From the IMG/VR virus record IMGVR_UViG_3300044535_002275, positions 64,001 through 128,000 of that record: a DNA stretch of 64,000 nt; one strand, given 5' to 3'. Under the pieces are notes generated by a model. The model saw only the letters and a list, made by a program, of their open reading frames with translations. It was not told the origin of the DNA and ran no database searches. The stretch's first letter is position 1. Every line of letters starts with the position of its first letter. Shown here piece after piece: positions 1-10,057 of the stretch. Made by a program: the position numbers and the translations under genes. This stretch comes from a virus.

Positions 1-7
1 CCAGGAC

Positions 8-1675
8 TTGCAGGAGCGATATCCTCACATTCAACGAGTACGGTATGTTAATTCTATAATGGATACAATTAACCGTTGTTTATCCAAGTCAAAGACTAAT
101 CGTTTTTGGGTAATAGGCAGCGAAAATGTCTATGACAATTTTGATTTTGCGTGGCATGCCCAACCGTGGCAGAGCTCGATGACTCATGTTTTTGGTTCTC
201 AATGGAACAAATGGAGCGACACATTTCTAATTAACAAATGGGAATTTGAACGTCATGCCAAATGGGCCAAGGGCATTGAACAGTTTCCCAATTTGAATTT
301 TGTGTCGGATCAAACAGTAACTGCACCGGCTGATGCTGCTGACATTTACGTTATTGATCACGGAAACTCGGAAAACAAACAGGTACTTGAATTCCTACAG
401 CAACGTTATCGTGTGGTCAAGCAAGCTCGTTACTTTGATAATTATCTCGACACATTAAAAAGACTATTACAGGATGTTTCTGCTGAACATGTATGGGTAG
501 TTTCTAGTATTTGTGATTATAGTAGATTTGATTTTAGTTGGCAACCAGAGGCATGGCAGCGAGACATGCTGCATGTCTTTCCTAGTAAAGAACAAAAGTT
601 TGGTGACACATTTTATGTGCCAGTGGCAGCATTGCGAAATCAGATTACAAAATTGGAATTGCTTGATTGGTTTGACACTATAAACTACTGTAACGATCAG
701 TGTGTACCTAGGTGGGACATGCCAGTCTTTATACATCAGCAGGATTCGCATGTTGATTTTGTTAAGACAGTAAACGTTGCAGCACCCTTGGTTTTGATCA
801 GCAACAGAGAAATAAAACAACAGGATTTACCTACTGTTAATCTCTGGAGAGAAAAGACCAAAACAATTGTGCCACTCGATGCCGGAGGCACAGCAGTAAT
901 TGTGCCACGCACAGCCATTGGATCAATACAACAACAATTCTACGATTATCCTTATATAGATAAGAGTTATCGGAGACTAGAAGATCACCTGCTGGATATC
1001 GTATTTCTAAGTAACGGTGAACCCAATGCCGGTGCCAACTGGCATCACTTGCAAAACATTGCAGCAGGCCGCGGCAATCGTTGTATAAGAATCGACGGTG
1101 TCAATGGACGAAGTGCAGCATATAAAGCAGCAGCCGCGGCCAGCGAAACACCTTGGTTCTTTTCTGTGTTTGCCAAATTGGAAATTGATCCTACTTTTGA
1201 TTTTACATGGCAACCAGATCGAATGCAACAGGCCAAGCATTACATCTTTAATTCCAGGAATCCAGTAAATGGATTAGAGTATGGTCACCAAGGTCTGATT
1301 GCTTACAATAAAAAGTTGGTATTAGCAACTGAAGAAATACAGGGATTAGATTTTACCCTGAGTCAGCCGCACGGCGTAGAACCTATACTAAGCGGTGTAG
1401 CACATTACAACAGTGATCCTTGGAGCACATGGCGTACTGCATTTAGAGAAGTTGTTAAACTACGACACTATTACAAAACCACGCCAGATGTTGAAACAGA
1501 GTACAGACTAGATGTATGGCAAAAACGTGCAGAAGGCGATTATGCCGAATGGAGTCTACGCGGAGCGCAAGACGCTATGGATTATTATGATTCGGTGTCG
1601 GGAAATTATGACAGCTTGTTGCTGACGTTTGAATGGGCTTGGCTACGTGACTATTTCAATAATCTTACAACTTGA
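8..1675 (+). CDS. Glycosyltransferase-like protein with three tandem GT-A-like domains (probably 5'-truncated by the window edge)
   Basis: Repeated FDFxW(x)P...H(V/Y)(F/I) motif three times; DIVFLSNGEPNA domain start; sits beside sugar-nucleotide genes. Confidence 0.55.
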   Translation: MQERYPHIQRVRYVNSIMDTINRCLSKSKTNRFWVIGSENVYDNFDFAWHAQPWQSSMTHVFGSQWNKWSDTFLINKWEFERHAKWAKGIEQFPNLNFVSDQTVTAPADAADIYVIDHGNSENKQVLEFLQQRYRVVKQARYFDNYLDTLKRLLQDVSAEHVWVVSSICDYSRFDFSWQPEAWQRDMLHVFPSKEQKFGDTFYVPVAALRNQITKLELLDWFDTINYCNDQCVPRWDMPVFIHQQDSHVDFVKTVNVAAPLVLISNREIKQQDLPTVNLWREKTKTIVPLDAGGTAVIVPRTAIGSIQQQFYDYPYIDKSYRRLEDHLLDIVFLSNGEPNAGANWHHLQNIAAGRGNRCIRIDGVNGRSAAYKAAAAASETPWFFSVFAKLEIDPTFDFTWQPDRMQQAKHYIFNSRNPVNGLEYGHQGLIAYNKKLVLATEEIQGLDFTLSQPHGVEPILSGVAHYNSDPWSTWRTAFREVVKLRHYYKTTPDVETEYRLDVWQKRAEGDYAEWSLRGAQDAMDYYDSVSGNYDSLLLTFEWAWLRDYFNNLTT

Positions 1676-2736
1676 TCGGCAATGTATTCTACTTCTGTAT
1701 CGGTTAGTTCTGGATAGATCGGCAAGCTTAAAACCCTGCGACTTAATGCACTAGAGCAACTCAGCAATGAGTTTGGCCCTTGATAATAATCATACAGCGG
1801 TTCTTCGTGTAAGGGCTTGGCATAGTGTACTTTGGCTTCAATACCACGAGTGAGAAGATCTTGTTGTACCAGATCTCGATTGTCGATTTCGATAACAAAT
1901 TTATGAAAGCAGTGATGATACATCATGTCGCCTGAGATCAGGGTCTTTACTGCAGCTTCTTTGAAGCAACTATTATAATAAGCAGCAATTTGCTGACGTC
2001 GATTTTGCCAATCGTGTATATGATTGGCTTTGATCATCATTAACGCACAATCCAGCTCGCTCATCCTACTATTGGTACCTACAGTGGTACCGCTGGTCAC
2101 AGAGTTTGTTCTCCATTGACGTACAAACTCTGCTAGTTTACTGTCTCTGGTGACAACAGCGCCACCGTTACCGTAGCAGGCCAAATTCTTGGTGGGATCA
2201 AAACTAACAGCAGTTGCTGATCCCACACGATTACCGCTATCAGCTAGCCAGTGTTGAGCACCATCTTCAATTATTATGACATCTCTATAAAGCCAATCTT
2301 GCCATTGCTTCACATAGCCCATGTGCCCCACACTAGCACCATACAAGCCCACTATGACTACAGCTTCGTAATCGATCTTTTCGGGCAAAGAATCAAAATT
2401 CAATAGCCCGTATCGGTCGGTATCAACAAAACGTATGTTCCACCCTGCACGTATGAATGCATTGGCAGTGGCGCGATATGTAAGTGCAGGAATTAAAACT
2501 GTAGGAGTATATGGAAACTTTTTTCTATAAAATTCAGCAGTGGCTTCTAGTGCATGTGTTCCTGAATGCACAGTTACGGCATGTTTACTGCTGTTGTATT
2601 TTGCAAGCCACTGTTCGAATTCTTCAGTATACTGACCATTCATAAGATAGCCCGAAGCGTAAACTTGGGCCACTACAGGATCGATTTCGTCTTTTAATGA
2701 AAGGTACTGACGATCTAACCCGTTGAACTTGATCAT
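1651..2736 (-). CDS. DegT/DnrJ/EryC1/StrS PLP-dependent sugar aminotransferase
   Basis: HSGTHAL, IIEDGAQ, SFDPTKNL (PLP lysine) GNGGAV, LSLPIYP motifs. Confidence 0.9.
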   Translation of the reverse strand: MIKFNGLDRQYLSLKDEIDPVVAQVYASGYLMNGQYTEEFEQWLAKYNSSKHAVTVHSGTHALEATAEFYRKKFPYTPTVLIPALTYRATANAFIRAGWNIRFVDTDRYGLLNFDSLPEKIDYEAVVIVGLYGASVGHMGYVKQWQDWLYRDVIIIEDGAQHWLADSGNRVGSATAVSFDPTKNLACYGNGGAVVTRDSKLAEFVRQWRTNSVTSGTTVGTNSRMSELDCALMMIKANHIHDWQNRRQQIAAYYNSCFKEAAVKTLISGDMMYHHCFHKFVIEIDNRDLVQQDLLTRGIEAKVHYAKPLHEEPLYDYYQGPNSLLSCSSALSRRVLSLPIYPELTDTEVEYIADQVVRLLK

Positions 2737-3701
2737 GCTTTGAGTTTCTGTTGCCAGTAAGAAGAATTCTTAAGCCATTGGTAATAGATATCGAAACCTT
2801 CTTCCATGTCCACTCGAGGATTGTAGCCCAGGTCGGCTCTGGCAGCATCGATGTTTAAAGCACCGCGGCTAGGAAAATCCAAGTCGCGATCTCTCACATT
2901 GATTGACCCTTTTCCGGCAATCTTGACTGCCAGTTCAGCAGCTTCTAGTAATGTCTTGCTATGGCTCTTGGTAATGTTGTAGGTTCGGTTGTTGGCAATA
3001 TCTAACGTGGTAGCAGCCGCAATGCCATCAGCGGCATCGTCAACATAGGTAAAGTCTAGTGTTTCGTTAGCACCGTTGACATTAAGTGTTTCGCCACGCA
3101 TGGCTGTCAACAAGAACTTGCTGATTACGCGATCGTTTACATCTAATGGTCCGTACACAGCACTGGGACGAATGATCACATGTGCCATGCCGGTTTTTCT
3201 AGTATAGTCCTTGACCAGCCATTCTCCGGCTAACTTTAAGATACCGTATTGTCCTTGAGGACGACACGCAGCATCTTCACGTACTTGATCGGTAAAATCG
3301 CCGTAGACCATACTGCTACTGATATAAACAAACTTCTTTACTTGATGTTGAGTAGCCAGTTCTAACAAGTTTAGCAAACCTTCACTCATGGTCTGACTAC
3401 CCAATTGTGGATTTACATTTACAACCTTTTGTCGCGGAAAGCTGGCCAAGTGAACAACAGTGTCAATCTTGTGTTGTTCGATTAGATTGCTCATGGCCTC
3501 GGCTGCAATGTCTGTGCGATAAATCTGACCAGTAGTGATTTTCTGTCGACGTTCGGCAAACAGGTAGTCCATTTCGTCTTTGGGAATAAGACCGTAGTCG
3601 GTGAAGTTGTCAGCAATGACAACTTCTTGTCCTTGTGATTCTAAACGTTGCACTACATTGTGTCCGATAAGCCCAAGCCCGCCAGTTACTAGTATTTTCA
3701 T
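2733..3701 (-). CDS. NAD-dependent epimerase/dehydratase
   Basis: ILVTGGLGLIG Rossmann motif, SSSMVYG, YGILK (YxxxK), DFTYVDD. Confidence 0.9.
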   Translation of the reverse strand: MKILVTGGLGLIGHNVVQRLESQGQEVVIADNFTDYGLIPKDEMDYLFAERRQKITTGQIYRTDIAAEAMSNLIEQHKIDTVVHLASFPRQKVVNVNPQLGSQTMSEGLLNLLELATQHQVKKFVYISSSMVYGDFTDQVREDAACRPQGQYGILKLAGEWLVKDYTRKTGMAHVIIRPSAVYGPLDVNDRVISKFLLTAMRGETLNVNGANETLDFTYVDDAADGIAAATTLDIANNRTYNITKSHSKTLLEAAELAVKIAGKGSINVRDRDLDFPSRGALNIDAARADLGYNPRVDMEEGFDIYYQWLKNSSYWQQKLKA

Positions 3702-4012
3702 TTGAATTTCAATTTAAAAAATAATTCGTGTTGTTCAGTTAATCTTGCTGTAATACAGTACCGATACGAGTAGTAACCGACACAGCGACGCCATTGCGGC
3801 TGTTCTACGCTGTGTTCCATAACCCATTTACCAGCTTCGCTATGTTGCCACGCTAGCAAAGGTTCAGCAGCATAGACATCGGGATCTTCAACGTCGCCTA
3901 CGGAGAATTCATGCACGACAACTGTAGATATCTTAACTGGTTTGCTGTTTACTAGTTGCCACTGCGGCTCTTCATGAACGTTGCTAACAGGAAACTGATT
4001 AGTATAAGCCAT
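3698..4012 (-). CDS. Hypothetical phage protein (C-terminal FFKLKF, like the FxLxW family)
   Basis: ORF overlaps the next gene by 4 nt. Confidence 0.6.
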   Translation of the reverse strand: MAYTNQFPVSNVHEEPQWQLVNSKPVKISTVVVHEFSVGDVEDPDVYAAEPLLAWQHSEAGKWVMEHSVEQPQWRRCVGYYSYRYCITARLTEQHELFFKLKFK

Positions 4013-4039
4013 ATTTTTATGTTAACACATTTGGCATTC

Positions 4040-4726
4040 TTATACAACCGGTACTAGATTTTTAGCCATTGGAAAAATTTCTGCAATAACCTTTGCACAA
4101 GCCAACGCAACCAATTGATGTTCTTTTTGTGTACCATTGGCGCTTCTTAATTCAATAAAATGAATCCAAGATCTTAAGGTGCCATTCATGTATAGTCGAC
4201 TTACGGTATTACCTTCGGGCAATACTGCACGAGCTTGCTCTTTGGCAATACCATTATGCACCGCCCAAGTGTAGGCTTCTTTGGCAGCCGCAATCACTGC
4301 CTGTTGTTTTTCTACCCATATGTTATTCAACTCACGTTGATTGGGATCAGCGAGGTCAAGATCAACTGAGTTCTGTCGATTTTTTGTATCTTGAAAACGT
4401 GCTTCTCGAATTTCGAAATCTAGATCTTTAGTGGGATCCGCATAACGCTGACTAAACTCTTGGAAAGCAAAGCTACGATGACGTAAGATTTGTCGAGCAA
4501 TATCTCGAGTAGTTGTAATTTCAACACAGGCCGAAACCATTTCCAAAGGCGACCAATGAGCATGTTTGACCAAATAATTGATCAGTTTTTCGCTTGTTTC
4601 GGTGTTGAGTTGATTTGATGGGTTACTGACCCGGGCGCAAAATGCAATAAGTTCTTGCACGTTGTCAATTCCCAAGTCAGCAAACTCCACTGTGGGAGCA
4701 GAGCTTGAGACTAGGCGTACTTGCAT
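4040..4726 (-). CDS. thyX: FAD-dependent thymidylate synthase
   Basis: RHRSFAFQEFSQRY ThyX signature; HWSPLE; QARAVLP. Confidence 0.95.
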   Translation of the reverse strand: MQVRLVSSSAPTVEFADLGIDNVQELIAFCARVSNPSNQLNTETSEKLINYLVKHAHWSPLEMVSACVEITTTRDIARQILRHRSFAFQEFSQRYADPTKDLDFEIREARFQDTKNRQNSVDLDLADPNQRELNNIWVEKQQAVIAAAKEAYTWAVHNGIAKEQARAVLPEGNTVSRLYMNGTLRSWIHFIELRSANGTQKEHQLVALACAKVIAEIFPMAKNLVPVV

Positions 4727-5028
4727 TAGATACCTCTTAGAAGTTTGTCGGTTTCGGGTTGTATAATCTCAGCAACAGCTTCGACATCCAATACCAATTC
4801 CATCGAAGCAATTAGTCCATCATTGTCGCTGATATATGTTGTAACTGCATGTTCAATGCTGTCGTTGTCGAATCCTTGTTTGCGTAATTGACGCAAGTTG
4901 ATGGTTTTTTGTTTACGATCGGTAGTTTTAAAAACTACTTTTTTAACACATTCGATTGGACAATGATTTTTGTCAACATCGTTGACTATTTGTTCCCACC
5001 GTTGTAAGAAATCTCGATCAAGCTGCAT
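4726..5028 (-). CDS. Hypothetical protein
   Basis: Tightly packed ORF in operon. Confidence 0.6.
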   Translation of the reverse strand: MQLDRDFLQRWEQIVNDVDKNHCPIECVKKVVFKTTDRKQKTINLRQLRKQGFDNDSIEHAVTTYISDNDGLIASMELVLDVEAVAEIIQPETDKLLRGI

Positions 5029-5692
5029 CGACAGTTTTCACCTTCTTCTGCCGTCCGCGTTTGGGTTTAGGTGCTCCGCCGGCCATAGCTTCGGCTTCAG
5101 CTTTAAGCCTGGCACTTTCAGCCAGCAGGCCACGTGCTTCTGCTTCCATGCGTGTGGCCTGGGCCAGACGATCTTTAGCTAACGCAGCATCATCAAGAGC
5201 TTTAGCAGCATCAGAACCAGCAACTTCAGACAATCGTTGTGGCGCCGGTGCACCAACTTCTCTTCCGTAATCATCACGTCGTCGTGCTTTACCAGTCATG
5301 CCACGATTAGAATCCAGCTCGGCCATTTCTCGAATAGCAGATTCGCCCATCTTCATTTTACGAATAATCTGATTCATCTCGTCAAGATTAACTGAACTGC
5401 TGGGAGTAGGAGTAACAGTTACTTGTTTGGCTTGTACTTTTTTAATCATGCCTTCAGTATGTAAGGTCTGCAACATAGGACGTCCATCTGGTAATAGATT
5501 GCGAAACAAAGCATCGCCTAAGTTTTCTGCAGTTTGTCCTTCGGCAGATTCGATTACTCGCATAATCGAATCGTGCATATGTACCGGCATGATGTCAGGA
5601 TAGACAACTAATGCCATATGATCTTCTCCGGGAACTTCTCTAAATACAATAGCAACCTTTCGATCACCGTGTTTTCCAATATGTTTAATCAT
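5018..5692 (-). CDS. Hypothetical protein with Ala-rich coiled coil and basic tail
   Basis: 224-aa ORF, translationally coupled to neighbours. Confidence 0.65.
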   Translation of the reverse strand: MIKHIGKHGDRKVAIVFREVPGEDHMALVVYPDIMPVHMHDSIMRVIESAEGQTAENLGDALFRNLLPDGRPMLQTLHTEGMIKKVQAKQVTVTPTPSSSVNLDEMNQIIRKMKMGESAIREMAELDSNRGMTGKARRRDDYGREVGAPAPQRLSEVAGSDAAKALDDAALAKDRLAQATRMEAEARGLLAESARLKAEAEAMAGGAPKPKRGRQKKVKTVDAA

Positions 5693-5886
5693 TTTGCTTC
5701 TCCTTGTTGGGCGGACTCGGCTGTAGCAACTATATGCTCTAAAAAGCCAGTCAGTTTGTCGTAAAGTTCTCCGACAGTGGTCATTTCCTCAGCACGAAAT
5801 GCGCCGCGTTCGCATGCAACGCTGATAAGGTTTTTAACCACAGCTAAATCGTTAATTGTAATTTGGGGTGTTTGGTGTTCATCCAT
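5689..5886 (-). CDS. Small hypothetical protein (MDEHQTPQ...RGAFRAEEM)
   Basis: Likely start 5886, just after a late TAAATA motif and terminator; the longer track ORF crosses the terminator. Confidence 0.6.
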   Translation of the reverse strand: MDEHQTPQITINDLAVVKNLISVACERGAFRAEEMTTVGELYDKLTGFLEHIVATAESAQQGEAK

Positions 5887-5902
5887 GTAAATATTTAACA
5901 GT

Positions 5903-5937
5903 AAAAAGAAACCCCGAATTAAAATATTCGGGGTTTT
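5903..5937 (-). terminator. Intrinsic terminator
   Basis: AACCCCGAAT/ATTCGGGGTT inverted repeat with T tract, after the VWA gene. Confidence 0.75.
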
Positions 5938-5950
5938 GGACAAATTACTT

Positions 5951-7216
5951 TTACTCGTACAAAGCCCAAACTCCGAAAGGAGGATCGGGATTACGATCAC
6001 CGTGAATGACCCAGGTAGTGTCGCAGTAGTTCGGATCACCCCAACTACCACAGGGATAGCCATCTGTAAACACAATCAACTTCTTGGGTTCAATATCTTC
6101 GCGTTTTAGAAAGTCAAAGATAGCATCAAAATCAGTGCCACCGCCACCTTTAATTTCATAATTAGAAATATCTTCGAGATTATCGCTGGTAAACAACTGC
6201 ATATTATAAACTTCGGTGTCGAAACAGGCTACATGAATACGATAGTCTTCAAATGTTTCCATGATACCCTTGATTTCGCTAATGAAATCTCGCCCTTGTT
6301 CATCGCTGATTGATCCAGACATGTCAATAAACACAGCAATATCAATAGCATCTTGTGTACGCATACCAGGCATAACAGCATCCATTTCCCATCCTTTTCG
6401 GCTGCTCTTCATCCAAGTATAATCGCTCTTAACTGTACTTTGTATTTGCTGCAGAATGAGTTCGCGCCAGTTTAGCTTGGGCTCTGTTAGTGTCTCAATC
6501 ATGCGTTTGACGCCAGCTGGGATATTGCCGGCATCGCAGGTCTGTGCAGCACTGAGCATGGCTTCTTTGATTTCGTCGCGAATAGCAGCACGTTCTTCTT
6601 CGGTTAGTCGTGGACGTCCTTTGCCGTTCTTGCTGTCTTTTCCTTCTTGCCCGTCGGCATCGTCGCCGTCGATATGATCATCTAACATCTTGTCAATGAG
6701 ATCATTGATGTCGATTTTTTCAGCGTTTTCGTACAAGTCGTCGTAGACTTGTTCTGCACTCATACCATCATATTTTTTGTCGTATAGACAAGGCACCGAA
6801 GTTATAAAGTCGCCAATTCGGTGTTTCTTTAGATCAGCATTGTTGCAGAAATCTGCAGCAATATTCCATAGTCTAGGATCTCGACTACCTCTACGACCAA
6901 AATGGTCGTAGATCACATGCAAAACTTCATGCCCAAACAAGAATTCAATTTCTTTAGTTTTGAGCATTTTAATAAAACGAGTATTGTAATAAAAGTTTCG
7001 ACCGTCAGTGGCAGCAGTAGCGCACCACTCGTCGGCATTGACCAATTTCAAACGAGTAGCTAAGTTACCAAAAAAACTAGCCTTTAGTAGCATGCCAACT
7101 CTGGCCGTGATCAGCAATTCTCGGACTTCACGATCAAGCTTGGGGTCAGTTGGACCAATCAATTCAGCAAACCGCTTGGCGTCATCTTTGTTGGAAGTGT
7201 CTGTTGCTGTAGTCAT
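5951..7216 (-). CDS. Putative metallopeptidase plus VWA domain protein (DUF2201-like)
   Basis: HEVLH zincin motif; DMSGS MIDAS, GGGTDF and FTDGY VWA motifs; start MTTATD after a sigma70 promoter at 7246-7274. Confidence 0.85.
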   Translation of the reverse strand: MTTATDTSNKDDAKRFAELIGPTDPKLDREVRELLITARVGMLLKASFFGNLATRLKLVNADEWCATAATDGRNFYYNTRFIKMLKTKEIEFLFGHEVLHVIYDHFGRRGSRDPRLWNIAADFCNNADLKKHRIGDFITSVPCLYDKKYDGMSAEQVYDDLYENAEKIDINDLIDKMLDDHIDGDDADGQEGKDSKNGKGRPRLTEEERAAIRDEIKEAMLSAAQTCDAGNIPAGVKRMIETLTEPKLNWRELILQQIQSTVKSDYTWMKSSRKGWEMDAVMPGMRTQDAIDIAVFIDMSGSISDEQGRDFISEIKGIMETFEDYRIHVACFDTEVYNMQLFTSDNLEDISNYEIKGGGGTDFDAIFDFLKREDIEPKKLIVFTDGYPCGSWGDPNYCDTTWVIHGDRNPDPPFGVWALYE

Positions 7217-7254
7217 ATGGTTACTCCGTTGTTTCAGTATAATACATTGTAGCA

Positions 7255-7635
7255 TTAATGGTTTTTCTGGTCAACCGGGTGTGCCAAGCAAAACAAAGTA
7301 AGTTCCTGTTGTGTTGCCACATATATACGGTATTCTCCATCTACCCCGTTTGTCCACGACCATAATGGGTTGCATTCCGCAGGTATCGAGTCTTGGCCAA
7401 CAGGTGCAGCAATAGACCATTTTTTAGCAGCAACATAGTTGGTATACCAGTCGTGTATCTTGCGATACAAGCGGACTTCGGCACTCCAACCATATGTATT
7501 GGTAAACCATTGTTGAGCTCGGCAAAACAATAAGGGGCCTTCGTTTTGTGCCATTCCGCCCGAGAATCCAATGTAATACTTGAAATATTGATGGTGCGTG
7601 TGGCGTTGATCCATCTGCCGTATAGTGTACATCAT
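7255..7635 (-). CDS. Hypothetical protein
   Basis: ORF between the ATPase and VWA genes. Confidence 0.55.
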   Translation of the reverse strand: MMYTIRQMDQRHTHHQYFKYYIGFSGGMAQNEGPLLFCRAQQWFTNTYGWSAEVRLYRKIHDWYTNYVAAKKWSIAAPVGQDSIPAECNPLWSWTNGVDGEYRIYVATQQELTLFCLAHPVDQKNH

Positions 7636-7919
7636 AATGAGTATTTAAGGCCGAACAAGGTTGCATCTCGTGGATCAGAGAAGAAAAATTTCAGTGCCCA
7701 GGTGTTTACTTCGTTGTAAGATTCTGTTTCGAAATACCATCTACCGCGATTGGCTGGTCCAAAGTCTCGGGTTATTTCTCTTAGATATCGGCTAACTTCT
7801 AAATAATTATAAGGATCGAACACGATCCTTATAGTAGAAAGGGACGGTACTGGATCCAACGTAGTTCCATGTTCGATGAAATTGGTCGGATCCACCTCTA
7901 TACTCTTACGAGTTGGCAC
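7632..7919 (-). CDS. Hypothetical protein (C-terminal FGLKY, FxLxW-like family)
   Basis: Coupled ORF. Confidence 0.55.
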   Translation of the reverse strand: MPTRKSIEVDPTNFIEHGTTLDPVPSLSTIRIVFDPYNYLEVSRYLREITRDFGPANRGRWYFETESYNEVNTWALKFFFSDPRDATLFGLKYSL

Positions 7920-8994
7920 TCAAGATGTACTTGCCAAACCGCTGGTGAAACTCGTCAAAATTCTTTAGTTTGGTTGGTTTGAACGGTAATGCATAAGTGG
8001 TAAGAGCAATCCTAGCACCCATGACAACCAGTTCGGTCTCAAAGTTCTTCATCATGTAAGCAAAGAAGTTGTCGGCCATTTCGTGAAACTTTTCGTCAGT
8101 TTCTTTGCGATCAAGTGCATCTTTGAGTTCGTAGCATAAACTAGTGACCAACGAGTACATGGCCGATACTTCTTTAACGTCAAGATCTTTGACCTTGCCC
8201 GACAAAATGTCTTCGGGCTTGGGCAAACGACTAGAAATCTTGCGATGTGCCATGAACTTGACAGCTAACCCTTCGCCGACTGTACCAGCAATCAAGTCGG
8301 TAGCAGTGACATCATCTAAATCCTCGTCTGCCAACAGCTCGCTTACAAAGAACCACGAGCGTGGTGTAGCAAAAGCACGTGAACTAGATTTAGCATCAAA
8401 ATCGTAGAGATCTTGCTTGGCAAAACTTATGTAACCCACAACATCTTTGTGAGTCTTGTTTTGCACAGCCCATTCGTGCCAGCTAGGAAAGTCTACTTTC
8501 ATTTCCAAGTGTACAAAGCGGTTAGACAACGGAGTAGGCATACGATAAGTAACACCCTTGTCGCTTTCACGATTACCGGCAGCAATCATGACCACATTGT
8601 CGGGCAATACATACTTGCCGCAGCGACGGTTAAGGATCAACTGATAAGCAGCAGACTGTACACCGGGCGGAGCCGAGTTCATTTCATCCAAAAATAACAC
8701 TATTACAGGGTACTGACTGGCTAGTTCTTCGTCAGGCAAATCAATTGGGGGAGCCCAATCCATTTTGCCAAGTTCTTTGTTATAGAAAGGAATACCACGA
8801 ATATCCGTGGGATCCATTTGTCCCAAACGCAGATCGATCATGAAACCTCCTAGTTCTTGAGCAATGTCAGCAACAACTTCGCTCTTGCCAATACCCGGAG
8901 GACCCCACAAGAATACAGGGCGTTTGGTTTTGAAGCATTTAACAATGCTCTTGCGGGCACCAACTGCTGTAACTGTACGGGTATCTACTGACAT
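7906..8994 (-). CDS. MoxR-like AAA+ ATPase
   Basis: Walker A GPPGIGKS, Walker B LFLDE, AAGN sensor, NRF arginine finger; near a VWA gene. Confidence 0.9.
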   Translation of the reverse strand: MSVDTRTVTAVGARKSIVKCFKTKRPVFLWGPPGIGKSEVVADIAQELGGFMIDLRLGQMDPTDIRGIPFYNKELGKMDWAPPIDLPDEELASQYPVIVLFLDEMNSAPPGVQSAAYQLILNRRCGKYVLPDNVVMIAAGNRESDKGVTYRMPTPLSNRFVHLEMKVDFPSWHEWAVQNKTHKDVVGYISFAKQDLYDFDAKSSSRAFATPRSWFFVSELLADEDLDDVTATDLIAGTVGEGLAVKFMAHRKISSRLPKPEDILSGKVKDLDVKEVSAMYSLVTSLCYELKDALDRKETDEKFHEMADNFFAYMMKNFETELVVMGARIALTTYALPFKPTKLKNFDEFHQRFGKYILSANS

Positions 8995-9067
8995 AGTGTT
9001 TCCTTAGGGAGAGGGATAAAATTAAATTCTGTATTGCTAGTGAAATACTATTATAGCGTTTCGTAGA

Positions 9068-9274
9068 TTACTGGTCAACTAGACCTTTACCTACTTCGGT
9101 TTGTTCGATGTAGTTGGCTAGCGTATTAACAACAACCATGACCGCAGTCATGACAGCCGCAGGATTATCTGTGCCTTTGGCAATACTGTAAGCATAGTCC
9201 AAAGCTTCGTCGAAGGAGGCACGGTCTGCAAAAAGATTATTTCGGATGGATTCGGCAAGTCCAGTCGGTGTCAT
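9068..9274 (-). CDS. Hypothetical protein
   Basis: Packed early-type ORF. Confidence 0.55.
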   Translation of the reverse strand: MTPTGLAESIRNNLFADRASFDEALDYAYSIAKGTDNPAAVMTAVMVVVNTLANYIEQTEVGKGLVDQ

Positions 9275-9275
9275 A

Positions 9276-9497
9276 TTAGGCCTCTACTGACAAGTCTGAC
9301 ATGTTGGGAAAACGACCAGTGGCCTTGTAAGTATTCACAGCTGAATAACCTGCTTCTAAGGCATAGTCAGCGTCGGGGAAAATAGCCGCGCTGGTGAATA
9401 CCGCAATATCACCGTGACGGTCAAATACTTCAATAGACACTTCATAACGATCAACAGCTTCGTTTAGCTTGATTTCGGTGACTTGAGCTTGACGCAT
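9276..9497 (-). CDS. Hypothetical protein (start MRQAQV)
   Basis: AAGGAG Shine-Dalgarno before the ATG at 9497. Confidence 0.55.
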   Translation of the reverse strand: MRQAQVTEIKLNEAVDRYEVSIEVFDRHGDIAVFTSAAIFPDADYALEAGYSAVNTYKATGRFPNMSDLSVEA

Positions 9498-9507
9498 TGA
9501 GTACTCC

Positions 9508-9786
9508 TTAGATACGAGTAAGATTAATAACACGCCCAGGATAGTCGTTGTAGGAAACTCTAAGTGGAACAAACACAATTTCGCCAACGCGGCTACCATA
9601 GCCGCGTTCTTCAAATCGCTTGCCGTCAAACTCATCTACCAGCACACGGATTTTGACGGCAGCATAGCCTGGCTCATTTGTCATCTCAAGCACACGGCCT
9701 TCGACAAAACAGTCGGAACGGCCGTACATGGGTTTAAAATCATATGAACGAATAACATCGTTCTTTTCAATTTTTTCTACTAGCAT
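9508..9786 (-). CDS. Hypothetical protein (start MLVEKI)
   Basis: GGAG Shine-Dalgarno and a promoter immediately upstream. Confidence 0.6.
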   Translation of the reverse strand: MLVEKIEKNDVIRSYDFKPMYGRSDCFVEGRVLEMTNEPGYAAVKIRVLVDEFDGKRFEERGYGSRVGEIVFVPLRVSYNDYPGRVINLTRI

Positions 9787-9816
9787 GATCTGCTCCGTTT
9801 TGTTCACTGTAAATAC

Positions 9817-9897
9817 ATTATAGCAAATGGTGTATTTCCGGTCAACCAAAAGAAAGCCCCAAATTGCGGAGCTTTTTAGTGTTGTAAAAAAACAACA
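9817..9897 (-). promoter_or_regulatory. Sigma70-type promoter with upstream 18-bp palindrome
   Basis: TTGACC(9845-9840)-17-TATAAT(9822-9817); TGTTGTAAAAAAACAACA at 9880-9897. Confidence 0.75.
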
Positions 9898-10057
9898 GTT
9901 ATCTAACAGATTATAAATATATTTGTTAGCGCCGATTATCGCAATTGACGCAGAATATATCAAAACGCCTGGCACGTTATGCCTTTACTGTAGTGTTGCT
10001 ACAGAACGCCAACAAAATAAATCGTATTATCAATTACCTCTAATATAAAATCATTCA

